This document shows positions 24,124 to 36,789 of a stretch of DNA of 64,000 nt, one piece after another. Under the pieces are notes generated by a model. It was not told the DNA's origin, did no database searches, and saw nothing but the letters and a program-made list of their open reading frames with translations. Origin of the DNA: Macrostomum lignano. Taxonomy: Eukaryota. The stretch covers positions 1 through 64,000 of the forward strand of contig NIVC01003724.1 in the NCBI GenBank assembly GCA_002269645.1, written 5' to 3'. A program made the translations under genes and the position numbers. Position 1 is the stretch's first letter. Each line of letters starts with the position of its first letter.

Positions 24124-24719
24124 CAAGCACCTTGCTAAGTCCCTAGCAACGTCTCCAAAGCGATGCATTCCATTGAACTCCTTAGAAACAGTTTTAAAAA
24201 GTCAGTAAAATATTCAATTCAAATGAATTCTGTGAACAGGAAGCCTCTCTCGCCTTTCTCTCCCCAGACTTTGGCCTCTCTGCTTCCGCTTCCCCTGCAC
24301 TGCTTGATCAGCGGCAGCTCGCACCGACACAGGCTTTGACAAAAATCTTGAAAAAACACCCGATACAATGCGGACTGAGGGACTGCCGCATCAAACGCTT
24401 GAAGCGCTGGCGTGACACAAAAAACGGGAAAGCAGAATCAAAAATGGCTTCAAGTCTCAATTCTGCGAGCAGTTCCCAGCTGGCAGCTCGTTACAAGCAA
24501 CGCCCCCGCGACTGTTCGGAACAGAAGAGCAAAAAAGCGATATCTGATGACTCAAACAAAAAAGAGGGGGGGGGCGGTTCCGGTACTAGCTGGAGACGAT
24601 GGTCGCAGTCTGAAAGGAACAGGACTCGCCCGCAGAAATTTGATGAGACTGATTGCCGAACTGCTGTGTGACGCAAGTTCTGTGACGCGCTGGATTCCAT
24701 CACTGGCGAAAATTAATAG

Positions 24720-25716
24720 AGATGAGGGTAGAGATGGGAGAGGTAGATGGGTGAGAGGCAGAGATTAGAAGCAGAGGATGAGAGGCGAAGAGGGTGAGAG
24801 GCGGAGGGGGTGAGAGGCAGAGATGAGAGGCAGAGATGAGAGGCAGAGATGAGAGACAGAGGTGAGAGGCAGAGATGAGAGGCAGAGAATGAGAGGCAGA
24901 GATGAGATGCAGAGATGAGAGGCAAAGATGAGAGGCAGAGATGAGAGGCAGAGATGAGAGGCAGAGGTGAGAGGCAGATATGAGAGGTAGAGATGAGATG
25001 CAGAGGTGAGAGGCAGATATGAGATGCAGATATGAGATGCAGATATGAGATGCAGAAATGAGAGGCAAAGATGAGAGGCAGATATGAGAGGCAGAGATGA
25101 GAGGCAGAGGTAAGAGGCAGATATGAGATGCAGATATGAGATGCAGAAATGAGAGGCAAAGATGAGAGGCAGAGATGAGAGGCAGAGATGAGATGCAGAG
25201 ATGAGAGGCAGAGATGAGATGCAGAGGTGAGAGGCAGATATGAGATGCAGAAATGAGAGGCAGAGATGAGAGGCAGAGATGAGATGCAGAGGTGAGAGGC
25301 AAAGATGAGAGGCAGAGGTGAGAGGCAGAAATGAGAGGCAAAGATGAGAGGCAGAGGTGAGAGGCAGAGGTGAGAGGCAAAGATGAGAGGCAGAGGTGAG
25401 AGGCAAAGTTGAGAGGCAGAGGTGAGAGGCAGAAATGAGAGGCAGAGATGAGATGCAGAGGTGAGAGGCAGAAATGAGAGGCAAAGATGAGAGGCAGAGG
25501 TGAGAGGCAGAGGTGAGAGGCAAAGATAAGAGGCAGAGGTGAGAGGCAAAGATGAGAGGCAGAGGTGAGAGGCAAAGATGAGAGGCAGAGATGAGATGCA
25601 GAGGTGAGAGGCAAAGATGAGAGGCAGAGATGAGATGCAGAAATGAGAGGCAAAGATGAGAGGCAGAGATGAGAGGCAGAGATGAGAGGCAAAGATGAGA
25701 GGCAGAGGTGAGAGGC
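24720..25716. repeat. 13-bp purine repeat GAGAGGCAGAGAT
   Basis: Direct reading. Confidence 0.9.
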
Positions 25717-26134
25717 TAGTTAGTTAATCAGATGGGCTAGTTAGTTAAATAATATCCGTGTTCAAGAAACAGGTAAAAAAACACAGAGCGAGTGACTGAG
25801 CGGCGACACCAGGCAGCCGGGGTAAAAACTCAGAGGTCAGACTGGAAAGACAGAACAGTAGCGGTGATGGATAGCAAATGCTATGCAAACAAGACGGAAA
25901 GTTAGAGACATTCGGGGAGAACAAAAGAAGAGGAAGCGAGGTGCAAATACGCTCGTAATAGAATAAGCTAAGAGCGAGTCAGCGGGGTGCAAGGCAGGCT
26001 GCCTGCCTGAGTGACAGGCTCGCTGACAGGCATCTGCGGCACTCTGAAAGGATCAGGCGTGTACTTTTAAGTTGCAGGACTGGACCCGCCTGCCCTCCCA
26101 AATTGAACGGGCAGCCAAAGCTTCATCAGGATTC

Positions 26135-26175
26135 TGTCTGCTATCTGTCTGTCTGTCTGCTGTCTGTCTGTCTGC

Positions 26176-26224
<49 letters not shown>

Positions 26225-26296
26225 GCTATCTGTCTGTCTGTCTGCTGTCTGTCTGTCTGCTGTCTGTCTGTCTGTCTTAGTGTCTGTCTGTCTGTC

Positions 26297-26341
<45 letters not shown>

Positions 26342-26381
26342 CCTGTCTGTCTGTCTTAGTGTCTGTCTGTCTGTCTGTCTA

Positions 26382-26424
<43 letters not shown>

Positions 26425-26519
26425 GTCTGTCTGTCTGTCTGTCTGCTGTCTGTCTATCTGTCTGTCTGTCTGTCTTAGTTTCTGTCTGTCTGTCTGTCTG
26501 TCTGTCTGCTGTCTGTCTT

Positions 26520-26614
<95 letters not shown>

Positions 26615-26704
26615 GCTGTCTGTCTGCCTGTCTGTCTGTCTGTCTATCTGTCTGTCTGTCTGTCTGTCTGTCTGCTGTCTGTCTGCCTGCCTGTTTGTCT
26701 GTCT
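26135..26704. repeat. (CTGT)n microsatellite
   Basis: Direct reading. Confidence 0.95.
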
Positions 26705-27259
26705 ATTTAATTCCCACCGTTAATTCCCTATTCCTTTAGAATGGGCACCATCAGAGCGGCGGTGCAGTGTATCCGGTTGCAGCAGTTCAATTAGCGTAGT
26801 CTTAGCAGCCGGATTCGTTTGAACTCGGAAATGCTCTTCTATCTAAGGAAAAAAGGCTTTCATCAGAGGATAAAAGGGTAGCAGAGGCCGGCTCGCAGTG
26901 GACCGTGAAACGATATTCGCTTTTAAAAAGGCTGACAGATAAGACGAAACTAACCGGATAAAACAGGTCGAACTCACAGCGGCCAGCGCTTAAGCCGCTG
27001 CAGCCCAGCGGACTCCACCCTGACTACGAAAGTGTAGCTAATGCAGAATCGGTTCACTTTGAAACAAAATTTGAAGAGACGTTGAAAGCCATCATGCACT
27101 CGTAACAGTTCTGTGACACCATCGCTTTTAATAATTTACTATTCTGCTACGTAACGTGTAGACTAATGCTTACTCGTAATATAGAGGCACTTTTAACCTA
27201 AAAGTAGAAAAGTGAAAAATCTAGCAATTAAAGGGAAGCGTAGAAATCAGAAGAGTGGC

Positions 27260-27880
27260 TAGGAGTGACAAGAATAGCATCTGATTAATAATAATATCAA
27301 AAGAGGCACGTGCTCCAAGGAGTGATATGAGACTGAGGGAGTGACAAGAATGTTAGGGGGTGACAAGATCATTGGAGAGTGACAAGAATGAACAGATGTG
27401 TCAAGAATGAGTGACAAGAATAAACAGGAGTGACAATAATGAACCCAAGAGTGACAAGAATGAACCCAGGAGTGACAAGAATGAACCAAGGAGTGACAAG
27501 AATGAACCCAATAGTGACAAGAATGAACCCAGGAGTGACAAGAATGAGTGACAAGAATAAACAGGAGCGACAATAATGAACCCAGGAGTGACAGGAATGA
27601 GTGACAAGAATAAATAGGAGTGACAAGAATGAACCAGGAGTGACAAGAATGAACCCAGGAGTGACAAGAATGAACCCAGGAGTGACAAGAATGAACCCAG
27701 GAGTGACAAGAATGAACCCAGGAGTGACAAGAATGAACCCAGGAGTGACAAGAATGAACCCAGGAGTGACAAGAATGAACCCAGGAGTGACAAGAATGAA
27801 CCCAGGAGTGACAAGAATGAACCCAGGAGTGACAAGAATGAACCCAGGAGTGACAAGAATGAACCCAGGAGTGACAAGAA
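27260..27880. repeat. 21-bp minisatellite GGAGTGACAAGAATGAACCCA
   Basis: Direct reading. Confidence 0.95.
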
Positions 27881-27938
27881 AGACACACGCATCCCATTCA
27901 GTCAGAGCAACAGCCATCTCATCAACTGCAGCACTCAC

Positions 27939-28384
27939 AGAAGCATCGAACTCTGTCGGTGGCCCGCTGGCCGATGGCGGTGCAGCAGAGCACCAGCAGG
28001 AGCAGCAGGCCGGGCGCAAAGTACACCACCCGGCTGGGATAGGGCACGGCGTGCCTAGTAGCGCAGTAGTACTCCAGAAGGCGCATCTGCACGTACAGCA
28101 GCAGCACGGCCACCCGCAGAGCGGTGGTGAGATACTCCAACACCGCGCCTTCGAAGAACAACAATCGAACAGACAGCAGAGCGGCTTCCAGCACGATCAG
28201 TGCCTGCAGGCTGAGCACGGCAGAGAACTTGACCCGGTCAGCCGGGGGGTGCAGCATCAGGGCAGTGAGGGTGTTCCAGAGCACGGTCGAGCCGAACACC
28301 ACCAGCAAAAGCAGCAGTGCGGCGGACAGCACGACTCGCCTGCGGGCATAAAAGTGCAAGCCAACCTTGCTGACAAACTGGGGA
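27939..28384 (-). CDS. Multi-pass membrane protein, exon with about four hydrophobic segments
   Basis: Acceptor ctctctctatgccgaag|T at 28385, donor T|GTGAGT at 27939/27938; 446 nt, phase 2 to 1. Confidence 0.75.
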
Positions 28385-28687
28385 CTTCGGCATAGAGAGA
28401 GAAGCCTCAATGGCTGTAAGGGAAATGAATACCAGGGATCAGTGCTAATCCTATAGCTATATCCCCAATCTCCTGTAGAGACAGTTTTCATCCCAATACA
28501 TCTTTTTTCCTTTGACTAGCGCGGCGTGTTTGCACTATCAATCAATAAGTAATGCAGAAGCTGGATTTCCAGTTAATCCTCCGCTGCCATATCGGGGTTC
28601 TCACATTGACTGCTCACATGGACTTGCACTGGCTGAGCAATGTTATAATGAGACTCACGCTGGATTGCTCACGCAGCAGAAGCAGAG

Positions 28688-28975
28688 GTGCCCACCCCGG
28701 TGAGGACAGGGGTGCCCACCCCGGTGAGGACAGGGTGCCCACCCCGGTGAGGACAGGGGTGCCCACCCCGGTGAGGACAGGGGTGCCCACCCCGGTGAGG
28801 ACAGGGGTGCCCACCCCGGTGAGGACAGGGGTGCCCACCCCGGTGAGGACAGGGGTGCCCACCCCGGTGAGGACAGGGTTACCCACCCCGGTGAGGACAG
28901 GGGTGCCCACCCCGGAGGACAGGGTGGTGAGGACAGGGGTGCCCACCCCGGTGAGGACAGGGGTGCTTACCCAGT
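28688..28975. repeat. 24-bp minisatellite CCCACCCCGGTGAGGACAGGGGTG
   Basis: Direct reading. Confidence 0.95.
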
Positions 28976-29017
28976 AAGGACAGAGTGATCACCCAGTGAG
29001 GACAGGACAGAGGGTGT

Positions 29018-29168
29018 CCACCCGGAACAGGGCTGCTCACCCGGAACAGGGTGCTCACCTGGAACAGGGTGCTCACCGGGTGAGGACAGGGATGCTCACC
29101 CGGAACAGGGATGCTCACCCGGAACAGGGATGCTCACCCGGAACAGGGATGCTCACCCGGAACAGGGG
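29018..29168. repeat. 19-bp minisatellite GCTCACCCGGAACAGGGAT
   Basis: Direct reading; related to the adjacent 24-mer. Confidence 0.9.
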
Positions 29169-29904
29169 TGCTGTCCGGTACGACGTATTGTAACAAAAAA
29201 TAAGCCTATGGAAAATCTCAATAGTAATTTCTAAGAAATGCGACACGAGGTCGGGCATACAAACCGAATAATTTGACTGGCCAGAATCAGAAAGGTTTAA
29301 AGATGTGTTCTCAAACAGGTTCAGTCCAGATATTGAACTGGCTAAGCTCAGATTGCAGGGATTCACTTAAGCTCCCTTCTACCGGTGGCTGATGAAGCCC
29401 CTAGCTACAGGCAGATGACGCTAAAGCCATTAGAGCTTGCTACGTGCAAGGTGCAAGACTGCAAGTATGGAGCGTACTTTTTTTAAAATAGCCATAATCC
29501 TTTCACATATCACTTTTCACAGTTTGCGCCCAACTGTGAACTCGGGATTTGATAAGGAAAGAAGCTACCGGCCTCCAAAAATAACTCGGATCCCAATCCA
29601 AACCTAAGTGCCACCCCTAAAAATAGGAGACCAAAAATTGGAAGCTATTTCAAGATAAAGTCGGCAAAAGTCGATTCCGTGCATAGCCCGAAAATTGGCC
29701 CAGCGGTTGTGCGATTCACACCCCATGAGGGCCAACCCCCAAGGCACAAGAATGAGAAAGTCAAGCGCCACTGTACACCTTCTATGAGCGTATGCTTTGG
29801 CATCAATCAAAGACTTCATTTAAGCCACGGCTTAACCAAAACTCTCTCTTTGATCTACTTTTGGCTTGGCCTACCAACAACTCCCAATCTCAGCAATTAC
29901 GAGC

Positions 29905-30505
29905 TAACCCCATGAGCCACAGCATCTTAGCAAAAAACCCCACGAGCCACAGCATCTCAGCAAAAAACCCCACGAGCCACAGCATCTTAGCAATTAACCC
30001 CACGAGCCACAGCATCTTAGCAATTAACCCCACGAGCCACAGCATCCCAGCAATTAACCCCACGAGCCACAGCATCCCAGCAAAAAACCCCACGAGCCAC
30101 AGCATCTTAGCAATTAACCCCACGAGCCACAGCATCTTAGCAATTAACCCCACGAGCCACAGCATCTTAGCAATTAACCCCATGATCCACAGCATCTCAG
30201 CAATTAACCCCACGAGCCACAGCATCTTAGCAATTAACCCCACGAGCCACAGCATCTTAGCAAAAAACCCCACGAGCCACAGCATCTCAGCAAAAAACCC
30301 CACGAGCCACAGCATCTTAGCAAAAAACCCCACGAGCCACAGCATCTCAGCAAAAACCCCACGAGCCGCAGCATCTCAGCAAAAACCCCACGAGCCGCAG
30401 CATCTTAGCAATTAACCCCACGAGCCACAGCATCTCAGCAAAAACCCCACGAGCCGCAGCATCTTAGCAATTAACCCCAGGAGCCACAGCATCTCAGCAA
30501 AAAAC
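29905..30505. repeat. 30-bp minisatellite CCCACGAGCCACAGCATCTTAGCAATTAAC
   Basis: Direct reading; follows the head of the dispersed repeat at 29828. Confidence 0.95.
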
Positions 30506-30625
30506 CCGGGAGCATTGACATCTCACCATTTTGAGTGGTGAAATCTGGGTCTTCTGTTGGCACACCCCCTGCATAGTAACAATAAGATGGCTCGAGAACC
30601 GCGGCTATCGACCCCTGGTACTCAC

Positions 30626-30697
30626 TCAACGCAGGCCTGATAATCAAATGTCCAGTTGAGAAAGCCGCACTGCTTGATGGTGACATCGCGGCCAAGA
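30626..30697 (-). CDS. Multi-pass membrane protein, 72-nt exon of N-terminal Cys-containing region
   Basis: ctctacag|T...GA|GTGAGT; LGRDVTIKQCGFLNWTFDYQACV; phase 2 at both ends fits both neighbours. Confidence 0.6.
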
Positions 30698-31340
30698 CTG
30701 TAGAGTTCAATAGGTGAGGAGTTGCGCCACTCCATTCTGGTTAAACTTTTTTATTGACGTGCCTCTGTTTACTTTTCTAGCCAATTGTTGTCAAGGACGC
30801 TTACTAGGATGCAGGAATGCGAGTAAAAAGCATCATCCATATTTACTCATAACTTAATCATGCTTGTTGGACCCTATTTTTACAAGCACAAAATTTTACA
30901 CGGTGAAAAGTTTATTGTTTTCATTTAGTCGTCTTACTTTCTCATCGCCTGAAGAAGTTTTGAGCTTGAAATTGGTGACTGACACTTTATGATTAATTGT
31001 AGAAGGTATGAAAAAGTTGGAATTTTTGGGGCTGCAGACCTAGACAGAGTTCGCTAGTCATGTCTCAGTACCCGATCGAGACAAAATATTAATAACTTTA
31101 CACCAAGAATGCACTTTTTAAGCCAGAAAGAAGCCGAACATTTTAGATTGCAGCACGTTTATTAGACATTGAACAACTTTCTGACAAGTCAATTCTGTTT
31201 AAAAATCTACATCTTAAAGTCAGCAAATAGCGTGCCTCTCTGGCGCACCAAAACACGTATTTTTACGCATCAAATATAGTGCATAAGTACAAAAATGCAG
31301 CAATGCAACTTAAACAATAGAGGGAAGCAGGCAGGCTCAC

Positions 31341-31411
31341 CACTGCTCTGCCAGCTCATAATTAGCTGCATGAGACGCATTCTGTTCTGCTGTCAACTCC
31401 GTTCCCCCACA
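31341..31411 (-). CDS. Multi-pass membrane protein, most upstream exon found; start codon not located
   Basis: ctaattaaag|TGT...TG|GTGAGC; CGGTELTAEQNASHAANYELAEQ; phase 2 donor fits exon 30697. Confidence 0.5.
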
Positions 31412-34195
31412 CTTTAATTAGCAAGCAACAAGCTCAGCAAAGCGAAAGAAGGTATTCATCTAGCCGTTGTTTTGCGGGAATTTAGCAACAATAAGATGGC
31501 CAAAAACGCTGCATTCAGCACTAGTTGGGGAAACGTGATTAAAAATATATATATCTGCTGCATAATGGCTAACTGCAGATCGCAGAGCAGCACAGGGAAG
31601 CGCATAATTACAGACAATTCGGATGACAATAAGAAAGACTGGACGACAGGTGTTACTAGCCTCGTGAATAGAAAGAAAATGGAGTGTAGCTACAGAAGAC
31701 AGTGAGAGAGTCGGAGCAAGTCTTCCTTTTCCGTTGCGTCTGAAATTCCTAGAAAAGAAGTTGAAGAAACTACACAGACATTTTTCTCCCATTAGCGGTC
31801 GTGTAGTGCCGCCCAGTCCGCCAGTCTGCCAAGCACTGTCAATTGCAGGAATTCGTCAACCCAGACGGGAGCTTTACCGACCAAAATTAAGATGCTTGCA
31901 TAATCCCAGCCATGCACGGGTATTACTTAGGCATACAATGCACGATGCTGAAATTTGCTCTACACGGGAAAAAATTGATTTATCAAGAGCGCGGACTCGC
32001 ACTTAATCTAATAGCGAAATTCTCGCTCAACCCGATGCCAACCAAAATCCCGGGAGCTCTTCAGTTCTGTCTCAACTAAAAACTTCTCCCTCTCACTCTG
32101 TCTAAAGGCTATACTCATAGTATACTCATTTGAATACTTTGCTGAAGTTTTGCGAGCAAGTTGGCAATGAAGTGGGCGAAGCAGACGGAGGGTGAGAGGC
32201 TGAGAGAGGGTAAAGTAAGTAAAAGATTTGAAGTGAGCCAGGGCTAATTAAACTTGGCGACTACATCATTCTGTTGGGAGAAATCGATCCTGAGAGGCAA
32301 CAGCTCTACCACCTAGGGATCCCGGTTTCCTGGAGAAAGACGGGTGACATTTCTTCTTTAGCAATCCTGCTCAACTCTCAAATCGTACGAAACAACTTAT
32401 AGCTGCCAGCAGAGGAAAAAAACGTGGCAGACCTTAAATGATTGACACGGTCAAATTTTGCCCCGCTGCACACCTACACACAGCTGACTTTGCAGTGCTT
32501 AAATATACCAGAATTTAAAGTTCTCTTCTTCCCAGAATAGCTAAAAAGTTTAATTTCAACAATGCACATCATGAGAGGCCGTACCAGCACCCAGCTGTAC
32601 CTTAAAAGCATTTTATTTTGGCAAGTTAACCAGAATAGAGTCCAGCTGTAATGCGTTGATTTAATAATGCACTTTAAATAGCAAAAGTCTCGCATGCGCA
32701 GAAAAACATTCAAGCGGATTACGAGCGTATTAAAAGCGAAACAAATTTTATTGAGTCGTTATTTTATCCAAGTCTTTAAAATCCACAACCAACTGGCTTG
32801 TATTAGGCATTTGAAAGCATCGAGCTTTTGATAAGACATGCCCCGAAGACACCCAATCAATATCCCGAACTAATTAGTGCACAAAAGCGTGCCTCATGTT
32901 CGGAGTAGCGTAAACCAGGGCCGTAAGAAACAGCCAAAAAAGAAAACTAAGCGTTTCCCACGCGCTTCAATAAGGGGTAACCTCTTTTATAGCATTTCTG
33001 CTTCAGCAAGTCCGACGCGAAGCGGATAAAAGAAGCAGTCAGAAAGGGTCTGCAATAGCTGGCAGGAGGCTGAGTGGGCGACCCAACTTGTTTAGACAGG
33101 CTGCACTATTGGATGTCCCGACCAGAGCCCAGAAGTGAGTGCACCGAAGAGAGAAAAACCCCAAGGACAGAGAAAAAAGTTTGATGAGACAAAAAATCAA
33201 TTCCCCTTAAAGCAGAGCCAGCTAAGAATAAAGAAAGGGAGATAAAAAGGGGGTGCCGACTCTCTGGAGACGGGGGCGGAGGATTTGGGATCAGCAGATG
33301 AAGAGGGGATCAGCGCTAATGAAATCTTGAGCGGCTTTCTGGCAAGAAAAGAATGTGTGTAGCAAAATAATTCTCCCGGGATGAGATGAGCCTTATTGAC
33401 CGCAATGGAAAATGATTCAGTCAGAAAAGAAAAATGCTTTGAAGGCCTACCATTACTAATATGTAGACTAGGACCCAAGCTACCTATACTAAGTATATAT
33501 TTTATCCACAGACACACTAAACCTTTTTCTTCCATACTATATTTGCTAAAAGCCTATTGTATATTTTCAGTCTTAAGCTGACACGAAGACTGCATAATCG
33601 AGTACATACAAATTTACAATCTCTAACACGAAATCTCAAGATTATCGGAATCAAGAAATCAAGAAAGAAATAAATAGATATCGGAATCACTATTTATACA
33701 GCAGAGGCCTGTCTGGCGGTGGAATCAAAGATAGGAAAATAACTGTTGCACTAGAACAAAACACATAGCGGCAGGTTGGCAAGGCTACTAGTTCAATCTG
33801 GCAATGCGAAAGCCTAAAGAAAAAGTGCAAGCAAGCAAACTAACTAACTACACCTCCAGTTGCGGTGACTGCGGAAGGCTTCATTTTTTACGTAGATTCT
33901 TCTTCCAGAGAAACAGGAGAGCCGACCGACGTCATGATTGGGAGGAGTGGCAAGAGAAGGACAGCAAAAGAAAGGGAGACTGACGGTCTCTGGGTCGAAG
34001 CTAAAAACACCGTGCAGCCAATAAGAAACGTTCTTAGGTCTCTCCTCACTCCATCGCCTTATTTCTCTCCCAAGAAGATGGAGAGAAAATGCATAAAAAG
34101 TTTCTTTCCTGCAAGGGAGGAAGTAACACGCCTGAGGATCGGACACTCATTTAAAAACGGTGACAAATTTTAAATTTCCAACTACTGCAGCAAAG

Positions 34196-35563
34196 ATGAA
34201 CGTGACGGACATGGAGAACGTAACGGAGCTGATGTTATTGTCTAAACCGAAGGATCCGCAGAGGCGGGAGCCGGCAGCCAAACTAATGTTGGTATTTGCC
34301 TATCAATACATCTTCTCTTGGCTGGTGCCATTCCAATACTTGGCCGGATGCACAGGCACTTTGCTGTGTATCATTGTTTTAGTGCGACGGCACAGCACCC
34401 AGAAAGAGGTACGATCCTGGTTTATAGCGCTGAGCGTCATGGACATCTACGTGATGACAATCGGCTTGCCTATAATGTACACCAATATAATGCAGTTGCT
34501 GACAGCACTAAATCTTAATAAAACGGAGCCGGAGAACGGCACATACAGCGGACAACAGGTATCTACACAAGTATATACACCATACGACCCGCGCACCTGG
34601 AGCAAATTGAATTGCTACATCATTTCAATACTGCAGTCCTACGGCCTTCTCGGCTCCAGCTGGGTTCAAGTCGGCATCTCTCTGCTGCGCTGCATATCAA
34701 CGGTAATACCATTGAGCTCGCGCAGTCACATTAACGCCAGCAATTCGCGTAGGGCCCTCTGCACTACGCTGTTAGTCACGCTGGCGGTGTCGATAATCAT
34801 TGTCATAACAACAGTCGACTATACCCCGATAAATAACCAATGGACATGCGGTCAGACTAGAAAATCGCCTTATCTATTCTACAGCATATTTGTGCTGCGC
34901 GTGTTTCTGCCATCAGTGTGTCTGATTGTTAGCACGTCGGTCATTCTCTACAGTCTGCACAAATTCAAGCGCGCCTTTCACACCGAGGCAAGACGGCGCA
35001 CGCTGCAGCAGCGCCGCATCTCGCTCATACTGATCGGCATGAACATCAGCTTCCTACTGTTTGCTCTACCATATGAGATCCACTTAATCTACGGCTTCAT
35101 CATAAAAGATTATCTAATCAGCAAAAACATGGTGACTCAAAGCATCGAGAAGATTCTACAGCAAGTTTTCGCTATACTAATGTACACAAACAACGCGACC
35201 AATTGGATCTTTTATTTTGTGCTAGGCAAGCGGTTTCGCCAAGAAATGCGCTACTGCCTGACCTGCAACAGGAACCGGGTCAGCAAGACGGTACACTACC
35301 GGTTCCACCTGGCTCCCAGGGCCGCCGCGGAGCGGACGCCTGGAGACGAGCTTGACAAACGCGTCTGCCTCGGCGAGAATCTTTGCACTAGCAACCGCAA
35401 CCGGCAGGTGTCCAGCAGCCAATCGGGGGCTAATGAGATGCTCGAGCTGCAGCCGCTGCAGGACAGTCCGATCGGCGAGACTAGGAAAGTGCACAGCTAC
35501 GAGACGACAAGGTGTCACGCTAACCACCGCGTCTGCCACGTCCACTTCAAAACTTCAGTCTGA
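34196..35563 (+). CDS. Class A (rhodopsin-like) GPCR, peptide/FMRFamide-receptor-like, intronless
   Basis: Seven hydrophobic segments, N-terminal NVT sites, TM2 LSVMD, TM5 FLP, TM6 FALP, TM7 NATNWIFY followed by RFRQEM helix 8; first ATG at 34196. Confidence 0.9.
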   Translation: MNVTDMENVTELMLLSKPKDPQRREPAAKLMLVFAYQYIFSWLVPFQYLAGCTGTLLCIIVLVRRHSTQKEVRSWFIALSVMDIYVMTIGLPIMYTNIMQLLTALNLNKTEPENGTYSGQQVSTQVYTPYDPRTWSKLNCYIISILQSYGLLGSSWVQVGISLLRCISTVIPLSSRSHINASNSRRALCTTLLVTLAVSIIIVITTVDYTPINNQWTCGQTRKSPYLFYSIFVLRVFLPSVCLIVSTSVILYSLHKFKRAFHTEARRRTLQQRRISLILIGMNISFLLFALPYEIHLIYGFIIKDYLISKNMVTQSIEKILQQVFAILMYTNNATNWIFYFVLGKRFRQEMRYCLTCNRNRVSKTVHYRFHLAPRAAAERTPGDELDKRVCLGENLCTSNRNRQVSSSQSGANEMLELQPLQDSPIGETRKVHSYETTRCHANHRVCHVHFKTSV

Positions 35564-36789
35564 TTGACAAGCTTTACCTTTGACAGTTCAGCGTCCTCTT
35601 CGATCATTTATTAACATTCCTTGCGTTCCTAAACTGAAAAGCAAACATATTTTGAGCTGACATCTCTATTTAATAGCCAGTCATTCTATTTTGGAATTCA
35701 GTGTATTTGTCCAACACGATTATAAGCACAGTTTTGTTAATTTTACTTTTTCAACTATTTGCGTTTCCCTGCCCAGCACATGCACCAAAATGAAAAATAC
35801 CAATACCATGGCATTGCCTATAGTACTGAATATTGACTACTTATCGTACAGACAGACAGAAACAGCGCTAAATGAATATTTATCTGATACAACACGGTGG
35901 TGTATATATAAATTATTGTTTTAAATAGACAAGAATATAAGTTTTTTTTTCGTTTTAGACCTGCCCATTCATGAAAATTAACTGCTTTAACTTGAAATTG
36001 AGTATTGTACGTTTGTATTTTACTGCGAAGATTTTAAAGCCAATTTTACTTAGTTCCACTTCTAATCTCTAGCTTGGAGTTATTAATCCTCAACGCCTTG
36101 TGGCTTAATTTCTTTACCTCGGGGTTCTTTGACCATTGATTTCACCTCTGGGGAAGAGAAATCTCAAAGCATGCAACAAAACATATAAGCATGGATTTGT
36201 TTGAAACAAAACAACTACGCTCATACTTACCTTGAAATTTTAAAGAAAGCTTTCGCATAAAAATAAGGTATTAAAGCTCGGTTCAATCTAAATTTAGAGA
36301 CGACAGCATACAGGGAACGCCCTCAAAGCTATTCAGCGCACGCGGAAGAGGTTCTAAGCAAGTGCAACCTGCTATCACGCAGGCCTTGTCAGTAATGCAG
36401 AGAAGGGCTTAAAAGCGATGGAAGACAAACAACTGAGCTTTACCCACAGGCGCCTGTTATCAAAACATGGGTAAGCATTCTTTCTGGTACTAATTAGCTC
36501 TAGTCCCAGTAGCAGGCAGCAGCTCTAAGTGTGACGATAATCTGCTGCAGCGAGGACAGGTAACAAGAGCTTATCTGATTGGCGAGTGCCGACTTCGGGT
36601 ACATTAGTCAGCGAAAAAGGCATTTTCAGCGGTCGCGAGAGTCCACAAGATAAGAAAAGTGGCAACAATGTAAATTAAATAGAACGCAAGAAGCCGCAAC
36701 TTAGGTGAGAACACTCAAGAATAATAAAGCTGGACGAGTCAGCAGCATTCCAGAGTGATTATGACCTTATAAATCAAATAATAAATAAT

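Noticed and set aside
23287-24768. Plus-strand ORFs 23287-23541 and 24336-24671 as nested genes
   Set aside because: Short, non-ATG starts, and no homology or consistent splice partners found.
14093-30415. Long repetitive ORFs such as VDGESRL, PRSQD, LCLSSLP, SVCL, VTPGFIL and NPTSHSI
   Set aside because: By-products of tandem repeats, open in several frames, lying in inferred introns or intergenic DNA.
7560-30505. CRISPR arrays
   Set aside because: Units are head-to-tail with no unique spacers, no cas genes are present, and the context is eukaryotic.
31430-31465. MNTFFRFAELVAC-stop as a broken signal peptide of the membrane protein
   Set aside because: The in-frame TAA lies in a CTAAT branch-like and AAG acceptor context, so the stretch is more simply intronic.
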